A DNA stretch of 64,000 bases, from assembly GCF_006345805.1 (NCBI RefSeq), contig NC_042997.1:187240001-187304000 (forward strand), written 5' to 3'. The notes below the pieces were generated by a model. It was not told the DNA's origin and ran no database searches. It saw only the letters and a list, made by a program, of their open reading frames with translations. The DNA is from Octopus sinensis. Its lineage: Eukaryota. Position numbers and translations under genes: made by a program. Below, piece by piece: positions 50,117 to 64,000 of the stretch. Within the stretch, counting starts at the first letter, position 1, and each line of letters begins with the position of its first letter.

Positions 50117-50159
<43 letters not shown>

Positions 50160-50589
50160 CACCCCTACCTTGGATGGGATACCAGTCTGTTGCAGAATTA
50201 CTCATTTTTGCCTGTGGGATCAAATGAAATTAAGTGTTTTGTTCAAGAACACAATGCGTTGCATGTACATAGAGTATATGTATGTGTATTCACTCATGCA
50301 TATCCACATATACAGGTAGCACACACATGCACATCTGTGTTATCATCATCATCATCGCTTAGTGTTTGTTTTCCATAGTGGCATGGATTGGAGGTGGCTT
50401 GGCAGGATCCAGCAAGTTGCAGAGTTGCACCAACGTCCAGTATCAGCTTTGGCATGGTTTCTCTGTATGGATGTCCTTTCTGGTGCTCACCCCTTTACTG
50501 TGTGTACTGGGTGCATTTTTTTGTGCTACTAATATCTGGTGAATTTGGAGGGTAGGGTAACACATCCCAGCTGAGCTGCAGCAATTTTT

Positions 50590-50824
50590 GTCTGGTTCCC
50601 AAAGCATCAAGTGCCGAAAATGAACTTTCTTATCTTCCATTTTAAAGGGTTACAGAATGAACACAGGTTATAGGAACATAAACCTTCTTCCATTAAAGAT
50701 AGCTTAAACTGTGCTCTAAATGAAGGTGTAGTCAAATCCTATTTTATGGACTCAAACATATTCTAAAATAAGTCGAAAGGTAAGCTACAATAAATTGGCA
50801 CGAACTTTCCGGACAACCCAATAT
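50590..50824 (-). mobile_element. mariner (Mos1-like) 5' end
   Basis: Same TIR as the 47.2-kb MITE (ccggacaacccaata) and transposase start MEDKKVHFRHLML. Confidence 0.85.
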
Positions 50825-51759
50825 ATATTTTGTCACACAGACACGGACACGCACACACACACACATGCACACACACACAACAAGCTTCTTTCAATTTCTG
50901 TCTACCAAATCCACACACAAGGTTTGTGCCCAAGGTGCCATGTAGTGGGACTGAACCTGAAACCATGAGCTGGGAAGCAAACTTCTTACCACATAGTTTT
51001 ACCCTGTGCCTATAGCTGTCTGTCTATCTCGATTCCTTAAAGTGGTGATAAGTTGTAGAAGAGGAAGACCCAGAAAGACACGAGACAAAGTATTGAAGAC
51101 TGATCTCAAACCACTGAACCTTACAAAGGAGATGTCAGATGACTGAGAGATGTGATGAATTGCTTTACTCAAGAAGACCCACCCACCATATCAGAATTGA
51201 GATCCTAAAACCTAAGATGCCATATAAAAAGGATTGCTGTGGGTGCTGATGCTATGTAAAAAGCACTGGTGATGGTGCCATGTGAAGAGCAATGGTGATG
51301 GTGCTATGTTAAAAGCACTGGCGATGGTTCCATGTAAAGAGTACTGATGACTATGTAAAGAGCACTGGTGATGATGGTGCCATGTAAAGAGTACTGGCAA
51401 TGGTGCTATGTAAAGAGCACTGGTGATGATGCCATGTTAAAAGCAGCAAGCACACTCTGTGGAGTTGTGACATTGAGAAGGGCATCCAGCCCTAAAAACC
51501 AAGCCAAAACAGACTATGGATTGTGATGCAACCTCCTGGACTTGCCAGTTCTTGACAAGTCATCGAACTCTTCTCAGCAAGGAAAATGGATGTTGAATTA
51601 TTATATATATATATATAGGTATTCTATAATTATAAACATAATTATAATTATTGGGGTCAGCTAATTGCTTCACCACACACCAAATTTAGAAATAGGAGTT
51701 TAAAATTCCTTTTCTGCTACTGTAAAAATCTACCAGATAGTAATTAATTAATTTTGCCC

Positions 51760-51814
51760 TTTTATTATTAATATGTATACATATACATACATACATACAT
51801 ACACACACACACAA

Positions 51815-51866
<52 letters not shown>

Positions 51867-52884
51867 ACATATATATGTATATTGTTCTATATATATAATA
51901 TATATCTATATATATATATATATATATTATATATGTGGGTGTGTGTGTGTGTGTATGTACATATTTATATATATGTAAACAGATGTTAAATGATAATGAT
52001 GTACCACAGACACACCACACACACACACACACTCACATACACGCACACACCATGTCTTTCTGTTGATATATTTGGCAGTTTATCTCTATCTGTTATTGTG
52101 TATGTCTGCCAGTAATTCTAAATGTCCGTTTGTGTTGCTGCCTATCTATATTGATTTATTTGTAAGAGGTGAATTTTGAAAAATTAGAATATGAATTTAA
52201 AGTTTTGGTGATAAATCTAACATTATCATTAAATTGAAAAAAGAATTAACGATAATCATAATGATAATGTTAGATTTTATTAGATAATGTTAATGATAAT
52301 GGTAGATTTATCACCAAAAGTTAAAATTCATATTCTAATTTTCAAATCCATCCCATGGAAATTACTCGATTAAGAATAGACCGAAAATACAGACATACGG
52401 ACGATCAGAGTGAAATGTAAATAAATGTATACATCTAATGTATATACAGAGTGGTGTATATACAAAGACGGACGTGCATATGGATACATAAACAAATAGA
52501 TATATAGATAGATATATAAATTTGCTAACAGGTATATAAGTATAGACATACTTTTAGATGGTTATATAAACATATGGATAGACAGTGTGGTATATAGAGG
52601 GTCAAGGTATATATATATATATATATATATATAATCTGGTGTGTTTGCGTGCATCAATGTATGTGTATGTTGTATGTGTATGTACCTGAATAGACAAAAA
52701 AGCTATGCTTAAATAGGTGGACCGGTGTATGAGTTTATGTGTATGTGTGCATATGCAGATGTTTGCATCTAACACTCTTACACACACTCATAAACACATA
52801 CGTATTAATACATCAATGTATGACTGTGTATTTGGGTGGATCTATACACATGTACTTGTGCATGTGTACATATATATATATATA

Positions 52885-52930
<46 letters not shown>

Positions 52931-52964
52931 CATACCATACATATAATAGATATACATACCTATA

Positions 52965-53016
<52 letters not shown>

Positions 53017-53413
53017 TATATTATAGATTATAAAATCTATATATATATATATATATATACATATATAATATATATTATATATTATATATATACATATATA
53101 AAGAGAGACAGGGAAAAATATAGGTATATACATTGATAGATAAATTACAAAACAGAGACACACAAATGCACACACACACACATAGACATACACATACCCA
53201 TACACACAGACACACATGCACATACATGCACAAACAATGCTCTCGCACATAACATTCTCTGCATACGTTCATTCAAAGAGAAGGTGGATAGGTAAACTAA
53301 ATATATGTAAATAAATATATGGATATGTAGGTATGTATTAATGCGTATTGGGTATTTACCCAACATTTTATGAGCTATTATTTTTAGCTATATTAGCATT
53401 TGAATAATTTCTT

Positions 53414-53444
<31 letters not shown>

Positions 53445-54079
53445 CAACAAAAAAAAACAAAACAAAACAAATTTCCCTTTTTGCTTGTAAAATTAAAACT
53501 TTTAATTTGATGGTAGAATGTTGTAGGTCCCTCTGGTATGATAATGGTCACAACCATATTGTTTATGACAAAAGCTTGGTTCAGTCCACTTCACTCTCCT
53601 TTCTACATTTTATCACTCACTCTTTCCTAGTATCATTCTCTGGAGTCGCTATCACTCATTCTCTTTTTGCCAGCACCCATTCTTATTTAATCATTCACTC
53701 TCTACCACTGTCTCTCTCTCCCTCAGATGTATGGCACTTCCATCTCTTCCATTACTCTGCATCTCTCTACAATTTCCTCTTCTCCCATCAAGCTGTTCAC
53801 ACACTGTTTCTCTATTCAACCTCCTTACCAAAAACCAGTATGTACCAGCCTACCACTGCCTCTCTTCTATACTTCCCACTCATCTCAACCTCATGTTTTG
53901 ATATGCGTATATATATGTATATATAATATATATATATATATGTATATGTATATATGGTGTATTATATATATATTATATATATATATATATGTATATATAT
54001 ATGTGTGTGTATATATATATGTATGTGTGTATATATATATATACACATACATATATACATATAAATACATACATATAGT

Positions 54080-54114
<35 letters not shown>

Positions 54115-54119
54115 ATATA

Positions 54120-54158
<39 letters not shown>

Positions 54159-54260
54159 CCTATAATATATGTGTGTGTGTGTGTGTATATATATACACAT
54201 ATACATACACACACACACACTATATATAATATAGTGTGTGTGTGTATGTTTATTTGTGTA
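51760..54260. repeat. (TA)n/(CA)n/(TATG)n microsatellite-rich field
   Basis: Directly visible; source of most YIYI/HTHT ORFs. Confidence 0.9.
52175..52346. repeat. AT-rich inverted repeat (~56-bp arms)
   Basis: ttttgaaaaattagaatatgaattt...ctaacattatcatta / taatgataatggtag...attcatattctaattttcaaa. Confidence 0.8.
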
Positions 54261-54723
54261 TGTATATATAGCAAAAAGTATTCCTGCTTTGAGTTATATT
54301 TGTTGTTCTGAAATAGCTTCTTATTGAAGTCCAAGTTTCAAAGCTGCTTTCCTATTAAATCTTTTTCATTATTCTATTAAAAAAAATTATTTTTCTCTTG
54401 TCTCTCTCTCTCTTTCTCTTTCATTCTCGTTGTCTTTCTAACGTTGTATATAAATATTTCACTTCATCTTTCATTCTCATCTCTGCTTTTCCATTTTACA
54501 CACACGCACACACACACACATACACACACACACACGCACTCTCTCTCTCTCTCTACATCCCACTGGTGCTGCCAATAGGCACAGTTGTGACTGTGTTGTA
54601 AGAGGTTTGAACCTAGAACCATATAGTTAGGAGGCAATTCCATTGTGTAACACTTTGGGCAAGAGTTTTTTGCTATAGACTTGCTGGGCTGACCAAAGCC
54701 TTGTGAGTGGATTTCATAGAGGC

Positions 54724-54764
<41 letters not shown>

Positions 54765-56509
54765 TGTGTGTGTGTGCTTATGTATGTATGTATGTGTGTG
54801 CATGTATGTATGTATGTTGTGTATGTATGTTTGTATGTATGCATGTGTGTATGTATATTGTCCTTGCCTTCAAAACACAGAGTAGATGAAAGAGGGACAA
54901 CTGATGAAGGGGAATATTCCTTATGTTGCATGTTTTGTTTCTCTGTGTTTTCGTTGTTTAAAAAAAAGTTCGTTTTCTATGTCTTTGATTTTATGTTTTC
55001 GTTTCTCATTGTGTTCAACATTTTTTATGTCCTGTACCCATATATGCATGTATATATGTATATATACATATGTAGGTATGTACATATATGTATGTATATA
55101 TGCATGTATCTATATATTATATATATTATTTATGTATGTATATATGTGTGTATATATGCGTGCATGTATGTGTATGTATGTATGTATGTATGTATGTATG
55201 CATTCATGTGTGTATGTATGTAGGTGTATGTGTGTGCTTGTAAATGTGTTACTGTCTCTTTCTCTTGCTATCATGTGATAGTTGGAAGTAAATGTCTCCA
55301 TCATGTGCGCATTGTCCTGGGCAATGGAGAAATGTTATGCTGCTTGGAAGCAGGTGAGGGTTGTTGACAGGAAGAACACCCAGCTATAGACAAAATACCC
55401 CCCTGCAACAAAATTCCGTCTGACCCATGCATGTAAGCATGGAGAAGTGAATATTAAAATGATGATGATGATGATGATGATGATATCTAATGGACAGAAT
55501 AATGATGGGTCAGCTGACAGAGTTTCAATCCTGTTTTGCTATTTTATCAGTGACTGAGTGAACAAATTTGCTACCCATTGAGACAATGCTTATAAGCCTA
55601 TTATTGCAGAATGCTTACCATGTATACTTGTGGATAGGTCACACTAGTGGATAGATCTGCACCCTTAGTTTGGGGTTGTCAAAGTAGGTATTTGCAGTTG
55701 ACTCACAAATAGGCTGCACTATAATTTGGGGAGTTACATGGCCCTTTTTAACGTAAATATAACTAATATTTATTAAATATTATCAAATATAAAGCAGCGA
55801 GCTTTATGTTAGCATGTCAGGCAAAATGCTTAACAGTATTCCATCTGTCTTTACGTTCTGAGTTCAGATTCTGCCAAGGTCGATTTTACCTTTCATCCTT
55901 TTGAGGTCATTAAATTAAGTACCAGTTGTGTACCAAGGTTGATCTAATCGACTGGGCCCCTCCCCCAAAATTTTCAACCTTGTGCCTAGAGTAGAAAAGA
56001 ATATTATCAAATATTCACCTTTATTTCCAAACTTTACTTACAAGTATTAAAACATTTTTGAAGATATAACCTTCTGAAAGTAGTCTAATTGATAAATCAA
56101 CTTGACTGCTGATATGCTGCCATCTACTTCAGGACCCTGTGATTTTTATCGAAATTTTTGGTAAAAAAAGTGCGACCAGCCTGTGAGTATATACAGTAAT
56201 TAAATTGGTTAGACTGTTTTGTATATTCTTTTCTACTCTAGGCTCAAGGCCTGAAAATTTTTGGTAGGGAACCAGTCGATTAGACAGATCTCAGTATCCA
56301 ACTGGTACTTAATTTATCAACTCCAAATGGATGAAAGGTAAAGCTGACCTCGGCAGAATTTGAACTCAGAATGTAAAGACTGACGAAATACTGTTAAGCG
56401 TTTTGCCTGACATGCTAACATTTCTGCCAGCTTGTCACCTTACTGTTTTGTATATTATAACACAATCTTGACAACTAGTTTAATAAATAAATCATTGGTG
56501 TGTTACCAA

Positions 56510-56738
56510 TGTTTCGTTCAATACTGATGCAGAATTAAGAGCTTGGTTGGATAATTTTTTCAAGTTGAAATTGGGTGATTTCTACCAACAAGGTATTGAA
56601 AATCTTGTTGAACATTGGGAAGAAGTTGTAAGCAACAAGGGTGAATACATTATTGATTAATTAGTTGCTATTTTTTGTTAAACCTTTTAAAAAATTTAAA
56701 ATTAAAAAAATGGTATCAACTTAGTTGCCAACCCAATA
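56510..56738 (+). mobile_element. mariner 3' end
   Basis: FNTDAELRAWLDNFFKLKLGDFYQQGIENLVEHWEEVVSNKGEYIID* followed by a TIR-like ...acttagttgccaacccaaTA. Confidence 0.88.
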
Positions 56739-57639
56739 CATATACGGATTGAGTCTTGCAGACTTAGACTTATTTTCTGTTAATGAATTCTAAACCAGTT
56801 GTATTTAATGAGCTTTCTGCAATCAGGGAGGGTAAGATCATAATTTTTGATTTCGTTTCGTTTGTCTTGTTCCATTTTTTGCATGAACTTTCTTCATGTT
56901 TTTACCTATGTTTTTCTTATTTTCTTACTGACCAGCATTCTTAATTTTTTAAAAAATTACATACAATGCATAAACAGAGCCTCAAATGCATGCATGTATT
57001 GAAAAGGTTGCAAGACACAACAAAAATTTTAGGAAAATAAAAATAAGGAATGAGTGGAAATTTTACCAGTGAGTGTGTTAAATTATGAGGCACAAAAAGA
57101 AAATGACTCTCCCCAGACTCAACAGAATACCTGGTGTATTTTATAAATAAGCCTATTCAAGTATCATAATTGCATAAAACTATTAGTAGCTCTTTTGGTT
57201 GTATATTTAATTTGATATATCTTTACACACACACACATGTATTATATATTAATGTATTATACATGCTTGCACAGATATAGTGTTAAATTTTATATAGATG
57301 TATTTGTATGTGAGTGCTTAGCAATATGCTTATGTATATTTATGCATAGGTAGGCTATACAAATGTGCTTAAACATGGTATGTGTGCATGCATATATATA
57401 TCTTTAACACCCACACACACATATGCAACCATACACACATACTAACACATACACACACACACACACATATATACTTACACTGAAAATATTTCATCTTCTT
57501 CTATTATTGTTTTCAGTAAATCTACACACTTGAGGGCTAAACACGTTACACATATAGCTTCCAGCTTAATGCAACCATAGAATATTCTCAAAGACAATAG
57601 ATCTCTTGGAATCACATTTCGTATAGTCTGTTATTTTTG

Positions 57640-58240
57640 CCTATCTTTCTTTATCATCAATACCACCACCACCACCACCACCTTCACTTTCTCTACAGCC
57701 TCCTCTTTCATTGTATTATTATTATTATTATTATTATTAGCATTATTATTAGTATCATCATCATCATCCTCATCATCATCATCATCATTATTATTATTAT
57801 TAGCATTATTATTAGTATCATCATCATCCTCCTCCTCCTCATCATCATCATTATTATTATTATTATTACAAAAGAAACCACTGTATAATGATAGTATTTC
57901 AGAAATTTTTTTTTTTTTTTGATTAGACCCAATATAAGTTGCATTGCTATAGGAGATTATTTCTTTGTCATGATGTATAAATGAAAGAAATAGAATAAAT
58001 GCAAACATAAACAAAACAACAAAAAAAAAAAAGAGAAAAGAAATAATGAAAAAAAACCACCGAAAGAAACAAACAAAAATAAAAGTAAAGAAAAACAATG
58101 TTGGAAACTATGAAATATCTGTTTATTGAAAGGACCGGAATTTTGTCTATGAGAGAATTGAAATTTGTGTCAGAAATAACAGCACAAGAGCCATAGCTCC
58201 AGAAAATAAAAATTGAACATACATACAAACACACACACAT

Positions 58241-58281
<41 letters not shown>

Positions 58282-58648
58282 CCCACACATACACACATGT
58301 ACATATACATACATATATATACATATATACATGCACACTCCGGCACATATACACATTCATATATCAAATATATATGTGTATATACATCATATATCATCAT
58401 CATGATATATGTATATGTGTATATATGTATTTATGTATATACATAGATACATATACATATATATATATATTTATATATATATACACACATATACATACAT
58501 ATATATGCATACATATATACATGCATGCATCTACACATATACACATTCATGTATTAAATATATATGTGTATATACATATATACATATATAAATACATATA
58601 TACACATATACATACATATATCAATTATATATATATGTATATACATAG

Positions 58649-58679
<31 letters not shown>

Positions 58680-58781
58680 TGTACATACATATACGTGCAT
58701 ACATATGTACATATATGCACCCACACATATACATATACTCACATATATCAAATATATGTGCGTATGTGTGTGTGTGGTGTG

Positions 58782-58822
<41 letters not shown>

Positions 58823-58865
58823 ATACATATATATATATGTATTTATCTCTCTCTCTCTCTCTCTT

Positions 58866-58914
<49 letters not shown>

Positions 58915-58955
58915 ATACATATATATATATGTATTTATCTCTCTCTCTCTCTCTC

Positions 58956-58994
<39 letters not shown>

Positions 58995-59020
58995 CACATA
59001 TATATATTTGTGTGTGTGTT
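57640..59020. repeat. compound (ATT)n/(ATC)n, A-rich, (CA)n/(TA)n/(CT)n field
   Basis: Directly visible. Confidence 0.9.
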
Positions 59021-59454
59021 GGTATAATTATTGTGAAGTTGGGAAAGAGGAAAACAAAAACCCACACTATTGAAATGAATGAATTATGATAAAGTTCAAA
59101 ATGGAATTTAAATAAAGCTTGGAAAAGAAGAAAATGAGAAGAAAAGATACCTGTTAAAGAGTACAAAGGAGGTCGAAGGAAAAAAAAAAAAAAATCAGTG
59201 AAGCAAACAAAGGTTAAGAGTATGACAATGTTATGTTGACAAAGTAAATAGGAAAGATGACAATGAAAGAGAAATGGAAACGGTAGGGTGGGGTGGGGTG
59301 GAGGTGGACAGCAATAACAATAACAACAATAACAACAGTTGTTGTGAGAAGAAGAAGGAGAAAAAGAAGAGCATGGGAAGCAGAAACTTCTGTGTGTGTA
59401 GCAATTGCTTCAGTAATGATAGCAGTCAATTCAGGAATTCTGAACTATAGCTGT

Positions 59455-59745
59455 TATATAGATAGATAAGATGGCTGGATAGATAGATAGATAGATAAGT
59501 TTCTTTATTGGCCACACAGGGCTGCACACAGATGGGACAAGTTACAAGGTAGAGCTTTTCTTTTGGGGGATGAAAGAAACAAAAAACAAAAGAAACAAAA
59601 AAAAGGGGTGGCGTAGGTTTTCGATAAAGAGGGATCGTAAAAGGGAAGAAAAGAAGAAAAAAAAAAATAAAAATAAAAAATAAAAATAAAAAAAGGAAGA
59701 AAAGGAAAAGGAACAAAAGAAAAGAGAAATGAAAAAAGAAGAAAA

Positions 59746-59797
<52 letters not shown>

Positions 59798-59936
59798 GTA
59801 GCTGGATGGATGGATGGACGGATGGACGGATGGATAAATATTTAGGTTGATAGATAGATAGATTGATAGATAGATAAGATGGCTGGACGGATAGATTGAT
59901 AGATAGATAGATAGATAGACAGAAAGACAGACAGAC

Positions 59937-60010
<74 letters not shown>

Positions 60011-60057
60011 GATGGCTAGATGGATAGATTGATAGATAGATAGACAGACAGACAGAC

Positions 60058-60099
<42 letters not shown>

Positions 60100-60102
60100 C
60101 TT

Positions 60103-60141
<39 letters not shown>

Positions 60142-60211
60142 TGATGGATGACTGGACGGACGGACAAACGGATAAATATTTAGGTAGATAGATAGATAAG
60201 ATGGCTGGATG

Positions 60212-60261
<50 letters not shown>

Positions 60262-60273
60262 TAGATAGATGGG

Positions 60274-60321
<48 letters not shown>

Positions 60322-60350
60322 TAGATAGATAGATGGGTAGATAGATATGC
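59455..60350. repeat. (GATA)n/(GACA)n satellite with higher-order structure and an inserted LINE-like 3' tail
   Basis: aagatggct(g/a)ga recurs four times; the 59500-59570 tail reads gccctgtgtggccaataaagaaa on the minus strand. Confidence 0.9.
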
Positions 60351-60531
60351 ATAAATTACATTCATGTACACACACACACACATCCTGCCTTTTAAATATA
60401 CAAATATATATAAACTGACACTCAATTGTTTATGATGACGAGAATTCCAGTCGATCCAATCAATGGAACAGCCTGCTCATGAAGTTTACATGTAATTGGC
60501 TGAGTACTCCACAAACACATATACCCTTAAC

Positions 60532-60707
60532 CACAAGTGTAGCTAGAGTGTGTGCCACCTGGGGCGGCCCTTCCATTTGTCACCCCTGGACCCCACAAAA
60601 AAAAAACACATATTTTCTACTGCAGACCCAAAAGTGCTGCCCCTTTAAAAGTGTCTCCAATGGCAGACCACCCCTATCTCCCCCTGCCCCACCTAGCTAC
60701 GCTAGTG
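60532..60707. mobile_element. hAT-type MITE with 8-bp TSD, nested in a SINE
   Basis: 15-bp TIR cacaagtgtagctag / ctagctacgctagtg (13/15); TSD cccttaac at 60524-60531 and 60708-60715. Confidence 0.9.
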
Positions 60708-61252
60708 CCCTTAACATAGTTCTCAAGGAAATTCAGCATGACACAGAGTGTGACAATGCTGGCCCTTTGGAATACAGGTACTACTCATTTTTGCCAAATG
60801 AGTGGACTAGAGCAAGTGAAATGAAGTGTCTTACTCAAGGACACACTGCACCGCACCACCAGGAATCAAACTCATGACCTTACAATTGTGAACTGAATGC
60901 GCTTAACCTCTAAACCATGTGCCTTCACTCCCTCTCTCTATATATATGTATATATGTGTGTGTGTGCACGCACTTGTTTATATATATATATATATATACA
61001 CACGCACACATACATATATACACACATTGTCATCATCATTTTCATCATTATCATTTTAATATCTGCTTTTCTATGTATGTATATATACATGTATGTATAT
61101 GTATGTGCATTCATGTTTACACAGGTCTAAAAGCCCTGTATTATTCATGGTGTGTCAATCTATGTGCTGGAACTTAAGCCCATCCATCCATCTAAACCTT
61201 TTTCCAAGAGAATATTTTCTGCAAACTGTTTTTAATGGATGTCCACAATATT

Positions 61253-61497
61253 TTAACTCTTTAGCATTTACTCTTTCACTCTTTTAATTGTTTCAGTCAT
61301 TTGACTGTAGCCATGCTGGAGCACCGTCTTTAGTCGACCAAATCAAACCCAGGACTTATTCTTTGTAAGCCTAGTGCTTATTCTATCAGTCTCTTTTGCC
61401 GAACCGCTAAGTTACAGGAATGTAAACACACCAGCATCGGTTGTCAAGCGATGTTGGGGGGACAAACACAGACACACAAACATATACACACACATGC

Positions 61498-61539
<42 letters not shown>

Positions 61540-62007
61540 ATATATATATATATATATATATACATATATACGACGGGATTCTTTCAGTGTCATGTACCAA
61601 ATCCACTCAAAAGGCTTTGGTCGGCCAGATGCTATAGTAGAAGACACTTGCCCAAGGTGCCACACAGTGGGACTGAACCTGGAACCATGTGGTCCGTTAG
61701 CAAGCTACTTACCACACAGCCACTCCTATGCCTATTCACATTATTCCTTCAAAAGTAATGCTTATTTATTCACATTGTCTTGAATTAATCATGCATTATT
61801 TTGTATCCTTAAATCCTTAAAAATGTTTTAGCCCGAAGGCCGCGGCCATGGTGGGGCACCTATAACATTTTTTTTTTGGTGAGGTAACTTTTAAATTTTA
61901 GAATGATATTGTGGGGTTGGTGTGAAAAGCCAGATCTGGCCAGTTTGGACATAAAATGGGTAGAATATTTTGGCCGTATATGGCCAGTTTGAATGCTAAA
62001 AGGCTAA
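61253..62007. mobile_element. TTAA-type (piggyBac-like) MITE with a nested family A SINE
   Basis: TTAActctttagcatt ... aatgctaaaaggCTAA; SINE at 61270-61735. Confidence 0.7.
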
Positions 62008-62476
62008 AGCTGAATGTCTAAAACAGTTTTGCATGAATGTCCACAATAAATTAACTGGATGATCACAGGTGGGTGTCTACATTATTTATAAATGTATGTG
62101 CACAATATCTTTCTGAGAATTACCTACAATGGTGATATAGCAACTGTTTCATAATTTATTAGATGCAGAATTTATCGAGAGTTGTTCCAAGAAAGAAAAA
62201 AAAAACTAAATAACAATGGCAAAAAAAAAATACTACACCCACGAAAATATGTCATGATTCTACATGCTTATAGTTTTATGAAATATTTTGTTAAAATGAA
62301 GGATATTTGCTTTTTATCTAAATTTAGAAGAAAAGAAACTTGTTCTTTGAAATAAGACAATATTTTAACAGGAATCTAATTGAGCAGAAAATTTATTCTG
62401 ATAATAAATGCATGGCAATAAGAAGAATTGGATAGTGTAGCATTGATGACAATGGTTGATGGAATAGACGAAGAGG

Positions 62477-62750
62477 GGTGGTGGTGATGGTGGTGGTGGT
62501 GGTGATGGTGGTGGTGGTGATGGTTGTGATGGTGGTGATGGTGGTGATGGTGGTGATGGTGGTGGTGATGATGGTGGTGGTGATGGTGGTAGTGGTGGTG
62601 GTGGTGATGGTGGTGGTGGTGGTGGTGGTGATAGTGGTGGTGGTGGAGATGGTGGTGGTGGTGATGGTGGTGGTTGTGGTGGTAGTGGTGATGGTGGTGG
62701 TGGTTGTGGTTGTGGTGGTGAAAGTGATAGCTGTGATGGTGTGGTGAATT
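62477..62750. repeat. (GTG)n/(ATG)n trinucleotide repeat
   Basis: Directly visible. Confidence 0.95.
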
Positions 62751-64000
62751 GTAGTGGTTATAATGATTACATTGACAAATTGGTAATAGTAACAGTGATA
62801 AGTGTATATGACCATGTTGTTAATGCAGTTGAGTAGGAATGGTAAATCCTAAATAAGAAGACTTATAACCTAGAAGCAGCCAGCTGAATGGGTTTGAAAT
62901 CATCCACAAGACATGGACTCGTTTATCATAGGTGTTACATTAAAAAAAAAAAAAAAACAAAAAAAAAAACATCACTGCAGATAAATCAGTGGTAAGTGAA
63001 TAACAGTGAATATGGGAAGAAGAGGTTTTGTTCTGAGACTTCTAGTTGTTCTGAGTATTGTTGGATGGTTACTGGTAAGAGCTTTTGCTGTTTGAGCAGA
63101 ATCTTTCACTGATTGCAGACATACATTATCACAGAACAATTTGTAATAAGAGTAACACGGTTCACAATCAAGTCGACTATGTTATAACAAATCAGTGTTA
63201 AATGAGTCATTGATCAATGTGGTTAGATGTTTGGCTGTGTGGTAAGTAGCTTGTTTACCAACCACATGGTATTGGGTTCAGTCCCACTGCGTGGCACCAT
63301 GGGCAAGTGTCTTCTACTATAGCCTCGGGCCGACCAAAGCCTTGTAAGTGGATTTGGTAGATGGAAACTGAAAGAAGCCTGTCGTATATATGTATATGTG
63401 TGTGTCTGTGTTTGTCTCCCCAACATCGCTTGACAACCGATGCTGGTATGTTTACGTCTCCGTAACTTAGTGGTTCGGCAAAAGAGACCGATAGAATAAG
63501 TACTAGGCTTACAAAGAATAAGTCCCGGGGTCGATTTGCTCGACTAAAGGCGGTGCTCCAGCATGGCCGCAGTCAAATGACTGAAACAAGTAAAAGAATA
63601 AAAGAATAAAAGAATATCTGATATATTGTACTGAACTGAATGAGTGGCATTTCAAGTGTGGTCATTTCCTTTCCTCCTTTATTTTGGGGGTAATCTGTCT
63701 GATGATTGAAGTCTTAAAACATTTGGTCCTCATTCCAAGCATAGAAGAATGTTTGCTGAGCAGAAGTTCATTGCTGCATGAAATAAATTGGACAACTTTA
63801 TGTCTGTAGAGCCAAATATATTACAGATTTGATCTTCTATGTTATACAACACCGTTATTGCTGTTTACCCATGTATCATCTCTGAATATCAACTAATCCA
63901 ACTTCACCAGTCTAAGAAGGCCTCCAAAAATCATCAGCATTATCCTTCTTATGCAGGGCAGGATTAAGAACCATAGAGGCCCTAAGTACTTAAAAGATTT

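Noticed and set aside
52600-59170. Numerous YIYI/HTHT/CVCV/poly-N/poly-L ORFs here and elsewhere (e.g. 19277-19772, 26784-27317, 30487-30981, 37913-38175, 62393-62815)
   Set aside because: Stop-free frames of di- and trinucleotide microsatellites.
59426-60425. Longest ORFs (308, 220, 121 aa; IYLS repeats)
   Set aside because: Translation of the (GATA)n satellite; no coding signal.

Overview
AT-rich, extremely repeat-dense animal DNA. The repeat families and microsatellite density point to an Octopus genome (inference). No host protein-coding gene can be supported; nearly all ORF-track entries come from microsatellites or SINEs. The window holds about 40 copies of several tRNA-derived SINE families, decayed LINEs (RTE, R4/Dong-like, CR1/Jockey-like), Tc1/mariner (Mos1-like and DD37D/maT), Tigger, piggyBac, hAT and Helitron/Helentron-type remnants and MITEs, a CpG-decayed 28S rRNA fragment, several long near-perfect hairpins, and large (TA)n/(CA)n/(TAA)n/(GATA)n fields. 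The most interesting signal is a recurring minimal type-I hammerhead-ribozyme motif (CUGAUGA-A-stem II-GAAAC-palindrome-GUH) of the Penelope-element type in at least three unrelated repeat families, including a two-copy element that fuses a tRNA Pol III head, a microsatellite and the hammerhead. Every copy here has core mutations. Also notable: a Dong/R4-like LINE and an orphan 550-bp element sitting inside (TAA)n, a dimeric SINE with a recurrent junction, and TTAA-type MITEs with long flanking direct repeats. Repeat boundaries are approximate unless termini are quoted.
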